Part shown: one piece after another, positions 39,550 through 48,154 of the stretch
How positions within the stretch are numbered: the stretch's first letter is position 1
Layout: every line of letters begins with the position of its first letter
Origin: an uncultured delta proteobacterium
GTDB taxonomy: Bacteria; Desulfobacterota; Desulfobacteria; Desulfobacterales; Desulfosalsimonadaceae
Length of the DNA: 64,000 nt
Reading direction: 5' to 3'
Assembly (NCBI GenBank): GCA_963826785.1
Contig: CAWGYD010000001.1
Location: 288,001 to 352,000, forward strand
Translations under genes and position numbers: made by a program
Notes under the pieces: generated by a model
Seen by the model: the letters and a program-made list of their open reading frames with translations, nothing else
Told to the model about the DNA's origin: nothing
Databases searched by the model: none

Positions 39550-40244
39550 GCCAGCACCGCCGCCAGGTCCGCCAGGCTTGAAATGCGTGCATCCGTTTGC
39601 GCGGCCAAAAGCGGTGTCCGCGGATTCGGTCCGGGAAGCCATACGGTTTTCATGCCCAGTTCCCGGGCCGGAACCATGTCCCTGTTATAGGAGTCGCCCA
39701 CGAACACTACCTTGGATGCGGGCAGCCGCAAGGCATGCAGTGCGATCTGGAAAATGCGGTGATCCGGCTTCTCCACCCCCGCGGGGACCGAATCAACGAT
39801 GACCTCAAGGGAATCCGACAACCCCGCCTCATGGCACACCACGGCCGCATTGCCGTAAAAATTGGATACCACCCCCAGCCGGCAGCACTTCTTCAACTCG
39901 TTTAGGAAAGTGGCGTTTCGCCGCAGAAACCGCTCCGATTTTGAGCAGAAGGAACGGGCCATGGCGGTTTCAGCCCCGGCTGTATCCAGGCCCAGAATCG
40001 AAAACTGCGCCCGGATGTGATAATCCACCAGGGGGCGCAGGCCCGAGCGGAGAAGGGCGGGATTTTTCTTGCAGCTGCTGCCCGCTTCATAGAAAGCGTC
40101 TTTGATCCGGGCATGCGGCAGCATCAGGCCGGCTTCTTCGTAAAGGGCGTAGAAGCGGTCGAGCCAGTGCTCCCCATCGGAATCCAGGGTGCCTCCGAAA
40201 TCAAAGAGGACGCCCTTCACCTCATGAAACTTCCCGCTGAGCAT
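39546..40244 (-). CDS. HAD-family hydrolase
   Basis: FDFGGTLD (motif I variant), VVSN, KPD, FVGDS; RBS AGAGG. Confidence 0.87.
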   Translation of the reverse strand: MLSGKFHEVKGVLFDFGGTLDSDGEHWLDRFYALYEEAGLMLPHARIKDAFYEAGSSCKKNPALLRSGLRPLVDYHIRAQFSILGLDTAGAETAMARSFCSKSERFLRRNATFLNELKKCCRLGVVSNFYGNAAVVCHEAGLSDSLEVIVDSVPAGVEKPDHRIFQIALHALRLPASKVVFVGDSYNRDMVPARELGMKTVWLPGPNPRTPLLAAQTDARISSLADLAAVLA

Positions 40245-41418
40245 GCTTTTCCTCTTGCGCCGCTGCATGGACGGGCCGTTGCGCCAACTTCCGGGGCGGA
40301 ATCACTTCTTTTACCCCCCTGTCCCTTTTGCCCAGGATGAAGGCCTCGGTCATGCGATAGGCCTCGTCATCGGTGTACTGGCGGGGGGGGTGCTTCATCA
40401 GGTAAGCCGAAGGCGCGTACAGGACGCCGCCTTCCCCCCGGTCCAGGGCCAGCTTGCAGAAACGGACCGCATCGATCACCGTTCCTGCCGAATTGGGAGA
40501 ATCCTCCACCGACAGGCGCAGTTCCAAATTCATGGGCACGTTGCCGAAAAGCGCCCCTTCCATGCGGATGAAGCAGACTTTGTTGTCCTTTTGCCAGGGC
40601 ACATAGTCGCTCGGGCCGATATGGATGTTTTCGGCTTCCAGGCGGTGCGCTGCCACCGATTGAACGGCTTCGGTCTTTGATTCCTTCTTGCTCATGAGCC
40701 GCAGACGGTTGAGCATGTTTAAAAAATCCGTATTGCCGCCCGTGTTGAGCTGGTAGGTCCGCTCCAGTTTCACCCCGCGCTTCCGGAACAGATCGGTCAG
40801 CGTGCGGTGAATGATTGTCGCTCCCATCTGGGATTTGATGTCATCGCCGATCAGCGGGATATTTTGTTCCTCAAAGCGTTTTGCCCAGGCCGGGTCACTG
40901 GCGATAAACACCGGAATATTGTTCACAAAGGCGGTGCCGGCGGCCAGGGCGCATTCCGCGTAGAAACGGGTCGCGTTTTCGGATCCCACAGGCAGATAAT
41001 TGAGCAGGATTTCAGCCCCTGATCGGACGAGGACATCGACAACTTCATCTTGATCCGGTTCGGGCAGGGCGGCCGGCAGAAAGGTGCGGTTTGCGCCATA
41101 ATCATGCATGTGCTCGGAGCAGCCGTCCAGGATACGGCCCATGCGGACCCATGTTCCGTTTGAATCGATATCGCGGCAGAAGACTTTGGTGCAGTTGGGT
41201 TCCGCAAAGACTGCTTCTGCGAGCGGCTTTCCAACCTTTCGCCGGTCGATGTCAAAGGCCGCCACCACCTCCACGGCATAGGGTTTGAATCCGCCGATGT
41301 CCCAGTGCATCAGGCCGACGGCATCCTCCGCCCGGCTGCTGCGGCAGTAATTGATCCCCTGGATCAGGGAACTGGCGCAATTTCCGATACCAACGATAGC
41401 GATTTTAATATTTTTCAT
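40222..41418 (-). CDS. ino1: myo-inositol-1(3)-phosphate synthase (MIPS)
   Basis: IAIVGIGNCASSLIQG, YLPVGS, GDDIKSQMGAT, YQLNTGGNTDFLNM, SKKESKT, EDSPNSAG. Confidence 0.96.
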   Translation of the reverse strand: MKNIKIAIVGIGNCASSLIQGINYCRSSRAEDAVGLMHWDIGGFKPYAVEVVAAFDIDRRKVGKPLAEAVFAEPNCTKVFCRDIDSNGTWVRMGRILDGCSEHMHDYGANRTFLPAALPEPDQDEVVDVLVRSGAEILLNYLPVGSENATRFYAECALAAGTAFVNNIPVFIASDPAWAKRFEEQNIPLIGDDIKSQMGATIIHRTLTDLFRKRGVKLERTYQLNTGGNTDFLNMLNRLRLMSKKESKTEAVQSVAAHRLEAENIHIGPSDYVPWQKDNKVCFIRMEGALFGNVPMNLELRLSVEDSPNSAGTVIDAVRFCKLALDRGEGGVLYAPSAYLMKHPPRQYTDDEAYRMTEAFILGKRDRGVKEVIPPRKLAQRPVHAAAQEEKHAQREVS

Positions 41419-41579
41419 GCCTTTACCTTTTCCTTTGTCTCATTTACCAGTAGCTGACAACTTTAGAAAAAATAACCGCGTCCGGCAGAAACATAAATAA
41501 AGAGAACACTTTATTTTTGCAGTAATCAGACTTGATGTGTGAATGTACCGGTCTGCACCTTCAATGCCGGGGGGCCGGA

Positions 41580-42551
41580 TTACCGGAATGCATCCGCGGC
41601 CATGCCGTAAAACCGTTTAAGGCTCCAGGGCTCCTGGGCGGCCCCCCGGCAGGAATACCAGCAGCTGCCGCAGTCGGCCGCCTTGAAAAATCCGTTGCGC
41701 CACTGGCTGAAATGCCCGGCGATCCGATGATCGGAGCAGCGCTTGATCATTCCGTCGGGGGTGACCTGGAGCCAGTTTTTTCCGGCCGTGCATCCGGGGA
41801 TAAAGCGGTTTTGAAAAAACTCGGGCACCCGGTCCAGGTAATCGTCACCCGTTGTCACATTTCCCGTTTCCCTTTTCATCTGCTTTAAAGTTTCGATCAT
41901 CTTCTCAAGAGAAGAGAGTTCCGCGTCAGGGACCATGTGATGTTCATTGCCGATCCGCCAGCAGTTGTATGCGCTCAGGGATATTTTTACCCCCATGTCC
42001 GCACTTTTTTTCACGAGCTTGGGAATGTCGGCATAGTTCTCCCGCTTGATGACCACATTGAAACACAGATTGACGCCGGCCGCCCGCAGCTGCGGGACCA
42101 CGAAGAAAATCCGGTCCGTCAGGCCAGGGATCCCTCTTTCCCGGTCGTGCCGCTCGTCGGGATAATCCAGGGAGATGGACATTTCATCCAGGCCGGCCTC
42201 CCAGGCATCGAGACCCCCCTGGAAGGTCAGAAGCGATCCGTTGGTGATCAGTGAAATAAATAAAAAACCGAAGGAACTCCGCAGGGAGGCGATTAATTCC
42301 GGCAGGTCGCTCCGCAGAAAGGGCTCACCGCCGGTGATGCTCACCGACAGCGGATCCAGTGCGCGGACCACCGGGACATAATTGTTCAGTTCCGGAGGGG
42401 CCTTTTCTTTCCAGTAATCGCAGAAATCACATCGGGCGTTGCACCGCTTGGTGACCTCCAGGTTGATGTTCAAGAGGCCCCCCTTGAGCAGATACCGGAA
42501 AAATTTATATCCCCCCGCCGACATTTCCGTAAGGCTGAGTTTTCGGGACAT
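41580..42551 (-). CDS. Radical SAM protein with SPASM/twitch-type C-terminus
   Basis: CNARCDFC, TGGEP, ITNG; CTAG...TPDGMIKRC...CGSCWYSC. Confidence 0.87.
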   Translation of the reverse strand: MSRKLSLTEMSAGGYKFFRYLLKGGLLNINLEVTKRCNARCDFCDYWKEKAPPELNNYVPVVRALDPLSVSITGGEPFLRSDLPELIASLRSSFGFLFISLITNGSLLTFQGGLDAWEAGLDEMSISLDYPDERHDRERGIPGLTDRIFFVVPQLRAAGVNLCFNVVIKRENYADIPKLVKKSADMGVKISLSAYNCWRIGNEHHMVPDAELSSLEKMIETLKQMKRETGNVTTGDDYLDRVPEFFQNRFIPGCTAGKNWLQVTPDGMIKRCSDHRIAGHFSQWRNGFFKAADCGSCWYSCRGAAQEPWSLKRFYGMAADAFR

Positions 42552-42566
42552 CTGATACTCCCTTTG

Positions 42567-43570
42567 CTAATTGTCTTTCAATGAGGGCTCCTCCGAGAGA
42601 TTGCGCCCGCTTTCGGCCAGAAGCGCCCAGTAGATGAAAAGCCCGATGCCGGCCCAGAAGATCTGCTCCACCCGAAGGGTCACCCCGTAGCTCAACCCGA
42701 TGGCCGATCCAAATCCCAGCAGCGTAAACACGATCACCCGGCTGGCTTCCAGGACCCCCAGATTCATGGGAATGGGAAAACTCAGCAGGTCCAGCCATGA
42801 GCCGAGAAACCACACCCCCGCCGCCAGGTTCGGGGAAGAACTGCCGGTGAGCAGGTAGAGAAAATACCAGCTCTGCAGGATGCCGCACGTCATCCCGAGA
42901 ATATGCCAGATCATGGACAGGAAAAGATCATAGGGATGCTCCCGGTAGAAAAGTTTCAGCGCGGCGTCCACTCGGGTTAACCCGTCCGCCGATTTTCGCA
43001 GGGTTTTCCCCCCGATCCGGTGGGCGGCCATCCACCGGACCAGCGCCCCCAGGCGGCCGTATTTCTGGACGGCGAGAAACCCGAGAATGCCGGCTCCCAA
43101 AAACACGCTGCCGGTGAGCATGGCCGCCCAGACCCCCGCGGGCAGCTGGACCCGCCACAGGATGATCAGGGATCCCGCCCCCACAAAAAGCAGTTTGGAC
43201 ATGGCGTATGAAAGCTTTCCGATGATCACGCCGGTGACGGCTTCGGGTCCTGAATGATTGAGCGCCAGAAGCGTGCCCTTGACCACCTCACCACCCAGGT
43301 CCGCGGTGGGGGTCAGGTAGCTGATGGACCCTCCCGCCAGCCGGATGCTGAAAATCCGGGAAATGGACAAGTCCCTGTGGGGACCGGAAAGGCAGTGCCG
43401 CCAACCAACGCGTGAAAGAGCTCCGCCAGGCCTTCTATGATGATCAGGGGGACAAGTCCCCATCCCAGAATCGAAAGCTCCCGCAAAAGTTCCCCGGGGC
43501 CGATCGTCCAGATCAGGGCCATCAGGAGAAAAACCCCGATGAGGATGGCCAAAACATGAAATCGCTTCAC
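42567..43570 (-). CDS. Flippase-like (UPF0104/HpnL-like) protein, copy 1; frameshift at ~43406
   Basis: N-terminus in ORF 43313-43570 (MKRFHVL), remainder in 42567-43592. One added G restores HALGWRHCLS, matching the paralog's FAMGWRYCLS. Confidence 0.83.
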
Positions 43571-44838
43571 CCGGCTTCCCCTGCGGCTTCAACGGCCATG
43601 TCGCCCTGCCTGCGGTGCTGGTACAAACGCATTCCGTGCGCTGCGGCCGTCAGGGCGGCCCATGCGGCGGCAATGCCAAGCGTGTGAACGGGAAACCCGA
43701 GCGAAAATCCGATGATGAACATGAAAATGTAGATGTTTCGCCTTCCCGCGATCCGCCTGAATCTGGCATCGAAGGGGCTGAAAAGATCGATGCTTTTCCC
43801 GAACCACTTCTGGGCCAGCGTGTAAAAAACGTTATCCGCCGTATCGGAGAGGATCAGCAGCCCCGCCAGCAGGGGCGGCCCAATCCCCATCGGGGAGAGC
43901 CCGGCGCCCAGGGCCGCGTACAGGCTGTTTTCGCAGAAATAATCGATGAGCGACTCCTGCTCGCCGATCCGGGTGAAATACAGCTTGGTGCGCGCCAGTT
44001 TGCCGTCCACGCCGTCAAGGATCTGCAGCGCGAAAGCGCAGAATGCGCCGGATAGATAGAATCCGTGATAAAAAAGCCACGCCGCGGTGCCCGCAGCAAA
44101 GATGCCGAAAAGGGTCACCATGTTCGGCGTGACAGGCGTGTTTAACAGCAGAAGCGTCAGAAAATTTTCAAACGGCGGATCGATGAATTCGGCGGGCAGG
44201 TCCATTACTTGTTTCTGCTGGCTGGCGATCAGCACCCGGGTGGCGTGCCGGGCCTGTTCCTTTGAGTGCACCTCCATGAAATAGGGGGGCTGGGGCCCGC
44301 GGATGTCGGCGTTGAAGGGATCGATCATCTCCGGATAGAGCGCGTCCACTGATCCGGCTATGCCGCCGGGGCCCTGTTTGCACAGGCGCTGAAAATCCGC
44401 CCTTTTGAAAAACCCCGCCCGGACTGTCGACGATTTGCGATCAGACGGGCTGATGCAGGCGACCACCGAAATCGGGGCGCGCAAGAGATGTTCAAAAATC
44501 CTTGGGTCAAACAGATGCGCCGCGTCGACGTACAGAAAATTTTCGGCCAGATGGGAAAACGGGCCCATGGCGGCCCAGATGTCCTTTTCGACGATGATCG
44601 GCCACAGGCGCAGGCCCCCCACCCATCTTTCAAACCCGCCCAGGTCCTTTTCGCCATCGACCAACAGGTATCCCTCTTTCAATCCCAATGCCCTGAGATG
44701 ATAGAGGGTTCTTATGACAAGGGGAATGCCGCCCACGCTTTCCCAGGCCCCGGGCCGGCCGGCATTAATGAACATCAGGGGCCGCATTGGGCCTTTAAGA
44801 TCCTTTGCATGCGGATCTGGTTTTTCCGTAACTGACAT
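43567..44838 (-). CDS. Second CDP-alcohol phosphotransferase with N-terminal NTP-transferase-like domain
   Basis: VGGIPLVIRTL; TPVTPNMVT; DGVDGKLARTKLYFTRIGEQESLID. Confidence 0.85.
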   Translation of the reverse strand: MSVTEKPDPHAKDLKGPMRPLMFINAGRPGAWESVGGIPLVIRTLYHLRALGLKEGYLLVDGEKDLGGFERWVGGLRLWPIIVEKDIWAAMGPFSHLAENFLYVDAAHLFDPRIFEHLLRAPISVVACISPSDRKSSTVRAGFFKRADFQRLCKQGPGGIAGSVDALYPEMIDPFNADIRGPQPPYFMEVHSKEQARHATRVLIASQQKQVMDLPAEFIDPPFENFLTLLLLNTPVTPNMVTLFGIFAAGTAAWLFYHGFYLSGAFCAFALQILDGVDGKLARTKLYFTRIGEQESLIDYFCENSLYAALGAGLSPMGIGPPLLAGLLILSDTADNVFYTLAQKWFGKSIDLFSPFDARFRRIAGRRNIYIFMFIIGFSLGFPVHTLGIAAAWAALTAAAHGMRLYQHRRQGDMAVEAAGEAG

Positions 44839-45118
44839 ATCCGAGCGCCTTTTTCGGTTTCACTGAAATGCCGGCCCCCGTAATGATCACCCGGAAGTCG
44901 GCAATTGCCGCTGATGTTTAACTGTTCGGCCCGGTCCGGCCTGTTGTCAAACCGATGCCGCTCGATGCAGCCAGTTATGAAGCGCTCGGAAAAAATGCAG
45001 GAAGATTTCATTCGGGAGGCAAAAAACAGACGGCCGGACGCTTGCGCATATCCGGGTGGCATGTATTGAAGATGCTCCCATGCTTGATTGTGCCTCTCGG
45101 TTTTGCATGACCCGGCAT

Positions 45119-47917
45119 TTACCGCTTCGGGCTGGGCCCCTTGCTCACCTGTACCAGGCCCTCCGGCCGGATCCACTTGCGGTAGGCGGATTGGACCTGT
45201 TCGGCCGTGAGGGTGAGGTAATGCCGGGCCGCAAGGATCGGCTCGTCCATGGGCAGATCCATTTCCGAGCGGTGGATCAGCCCCTGGGCAATGGATTGAA
45301 AGCTCGACTCGGCAAGCGGAATTTCTCTGAGGAGCATGGCCCTGGCCTGCCGAAGTTCTTCAGGCCCCACCGGTGAATCCGCCATCCGTTTCAGGTTGTC
45401 GACGACGATCTGACGGGCACTTCCGACGTTTTCGGGGGCGCAGCCGTAGGTGACGTTGTAATCGGACCGGTGCCGGCTCACATCGAAGGCGGAATTCACG
45501 TAATAGACCAGTCCGTTCTTTTCGCGCAGATCCTGATACAGCCGGGTGGCGTAAAATCCGCCGCCCAGGACGCTGTTGCCCAGTATCAAGGCGTAATATT
45601 CCGGGTTGTCCCGGGTGATCTGAATCGTTTCGGCCAGGGTCACCTGGTCCTGGACCCGGCTTTTGTCCGGTACGGCGATGGTATCGGGCGGGTTGTCCGG
45701 AACGGCCGGCAGAAACGTGTCCGGCCGGGGTCCCGTGGCCTTCCATTTGCCGAAGTATTTCTCCACCACTTTCCGGGCTTCCTGCGGCGCGATGTTTCCC
45801 ACCACCACCAGGGTGGTCATGTCCGGCCTGAACACCTTCTGATAGTAATCTCTCACATCCTTGAGCGTCAGTCCGGACACGGACTGGACAGTGGCATGGC
45901 GAATCGCCGGGTCCCCTTTCGGATACAGTGCCTTTTGCAAGGCCAGGTTCGCCAGGAAATCCGGGCTTTCCAGTTCTCCGGCGACGCTTTGCGCCACCTG
46001 CTGCCGGACAATGGAGAAGGCCTGTTCTGGCAGACCGGGCTGGAGCTGGTTTTCGGCAAGGAGTTGTACGCCGCGCTCAACATGGTCGGCCAGCACCTCC
46101 AGTGAAAAATCGGTGCCCGCCGAAACATCTGCGCCGATCTGGTCCAGCGCCTTCTGAAAGGCGATCCGGTCGAGCTTTTCCGTGCCATACCCAAAGAGCT
46201 GTTCAAGGACGGTGTCCACCCCTTCTTTTCCGGCGGGCGCCTGGAGATCGGGGTTGTTTTGGATCTGGCCGTACATGCAGACGGTGTCGCTCACCGAAGA
46301 CGGCTGCACCATCAGTTTCATCCCGTTGGGCAGGGTGGCCGCCGTGGGGTTTACGGTGGAGGGGGGTACGGACAGCCGCTTCAGGGCGCTTTCGGCCCAG
46401 TCCGGCAAAGCGGCATTTGCGGTCTGCTTCAGGGCGATGTGCTCCTGCACGCCTCCTTTTTCAGCCTTGACCGGCTGCCCCGAGGTTTCCGGCACCAGGA
46501 TCGCCTCGATGGCCGCATCCGGCTTCAGGTGGGTTTTCAGCACCCGGTTCACGTCGGCGGTCTTTACCGCCTCCAGGTCTTTGATGACCGCATCGGGGGA
46601 TTTTCGGCCCTGGATGGCCAGGGCGGAGGACCAGGTCATGGCAAGGCCCAGGACCGAATTTTTCTGCAGCTGATTGCTCGCGCTTTCCCGGAGTTTGGCC
46701 GCTGCCACCATACTTTCGGAGACGCCCGTCTGCTGCAGCTGGGCGATGACCTTGCGCATGTCGCTGATCAGCGCCTTCCCGTCCTTATTTTTCGGAAAGG
46801 CGGCAAATGCGTAGCCCAGTCCGGCCTCGGGCAATACATCCAGGTTAAAGCCGGCCGCAAGGCTCTTGCCTTCTGCGGCCAGCGCGTACAGATCCCCCCG
46901 CTGGCTGTTCAGCACATCGGCGAGGATCTGAGACGCCGCATAGTCGGGGCTGTCATAACCGGGCATCCGAAATGAGATGACGGCCAGGCCATAGGGGAGA
47001 TCCGTTTTGTAGTGAAACGTTTCGGGCGTGACGGGGCTCAGGTTGAACCCGGGGCGGGACGGCAGCTTTTTGGAGGGAATTTTGCCGAACAGATCTTTGA
47101 CGTTGGCCAGCGCTTTTTCCGGCGCCACATCCCCGACGATCACCAGGATGGCGTTGTTGGGAACATACCATGTATCATAGAATTGTTTGAGCATCGCGCC
47201 GGTGGTTTTCTGGAAGGATGCAGTCGTGCCCAGGGGGTCGTGGGCATAGGGCGTGCCCTTGAACATGGCGGCCAGAAGCTGTGTGTAGAATTTGTATTCG
47301 GGGATGGACAGGTCCTGGGCGACTTCCTGTTCGATGGCGCCGCGCTCCTGACGCCAGAGTTTTTCAGTGTCGAGCACGCCGCGCATCCGGATGGCCTCGA
47401 TATGCAGGGCCACATCCAGGTCCTGGGACGGGAACAGAAAAAAATACTGGGTTACCATCTGCTGCGTGTCCGCATCGAACATTCCGCCCATACCGGCGGT
47501 GATGGCGGCCAGTTGACCGGCCGATAGTCCCGGGCTGCCGCGGAACATCATGTGCTCCTGGGCGTGCGCCATTCCCGGAAATCCCGGTGGGGCCTCATTC
47601 GATCCCACCCGGTAATTCATCACCGTGGCCACCACCGGCGACAGGGTATTTCGGACGATCACCACCTGAAGGCCATTGTCCAGCGTGGCACGCGTGACTT
47701 GCGTATCGGCGGCCTTATCCGTTTCCGCAGCCTCTGCCGTAAAGAATCCGGCCGACAGCATCAGCAGGGTGAAAATCACGGCGGCGCATGAAAGTCGAAC
47801 CCGAAAAGCAGCGGGTGAAAATTTTCGCAAGAAGAACCTTTTTCGCGTTTGATCCTGATCCATGATGCCCTTCTTTGTGTCTGATGGTTGAAACGGAAAG
47901 AGACGATCCATAGTCAA
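45119..47917 (-). CDS. M16 (pitrilysin/PqqL-like) zinc peptidase
   Basis: GMAHAQEHMMFRG (HxxEH); two-module architecture; signal peptide. Start uncertain. Confidence 0.9.
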   Translation of the reverse strand: MTMDRLFPFQPSDTKKGIMDQDQTRKRFFLRKFSPAAFRVRLSCAAVIFTLLMLSAGFFTAEAAETDKAADTQVTRATLDNGLQVVIVRNTLSPVVATVMNYRVGSNEAPPGFPGMAHAQEHMMFRGSPGLSAGQLAAITAGMGGMFDADTQQMVTQYFFLFPSQDLDVALHIEAIRMRGVLDTEKLWRQERGAIEQEVAQDLSIPEYKFYTQLLAAMFKGTPYAHDPLGTTASFQKTTGAMLKQFYDTWYVPNNAILVIVGDVAPEKALANVKDLFGKIPSKKLPSRPGFNLSPVTPETFHYKTDLPYGLAVISFRMPGYDSPDYAASQILADVLNSQRGDLYALAAEGKSLAAGFNLDVLPEAGLGYAFAAFPKNKDGKALISDMRKVIAQLQQTGVSESMVAAAKLRESASNQLQKNSVLGLAMTWSSALAIQGRKSPDAVIKDLEAVKTADVNRVLKTHLKPDAAIEAILVPETSGQPVKAEKGGVQEHIALKQTANAALPDWAESALKRLSVPPSTVNPTAATLPNGMKLMVQPSSVSDTVCMYGQIQNNPDLQAPAGKEGVDTVLEQLFGYGTEKLDRIAFQKALDQIGADVSAGTDFSLEVLADHVERGVQLLAENQLQPGLPEQAFSIVRQQVAQSVAGELESPDFLANLALQKALYPKGDPAIRHATVQSVSGLTLKDVRDYYQKVFRPDMTTLVVVGNIAPQEARKVVEKYFGKWKATGPRPDTFLPAVPDNPPDTIAVPDKSRVQDQVTLAETIQITRDNPEYYALILGNSVLGGGFYATRLYQDLREKNGLVYYVNSAFDVSRHRSDYNVTYGCAPENVGSARQIVVDNLKRMADSPVGPEELRQARAMLLREIPLAESSFQSIAQGLIHRSEMDLPMDEPILAARHYLTLTAEQVQSAYRKWIRPEGLVQVSKGPSPKR

Positions 47918-48154
47918 CTTAATTCTGGATCATATTTTTCTGATGGGCAAATGGAGGCGTCTGTTTTTCCTTCTGCTTCAGCATTTCGGAATTCGAAGCG
48001 AAAGAAATCTTGATCTTCTTGTGCCGGGAGCGACGGGGAAAAGGGTGCGCGTTCCGGGCTGCATATGCGGATGGATAAGCCGGCAACGAAAATGCCGAGG
48101 ACGGTCAGGCAGGGGGCATCAATTTCAAATTTTTTTTTCTTAGGCGCCGGGCGT

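Noticed and set aside
41580..42551. Calling this radical SAM hpnH or a RiPP maturase
   Set aside because: Lacks the HpnH signature as I recall it; no precursor peptide or PqqD-like domain seen nearby.
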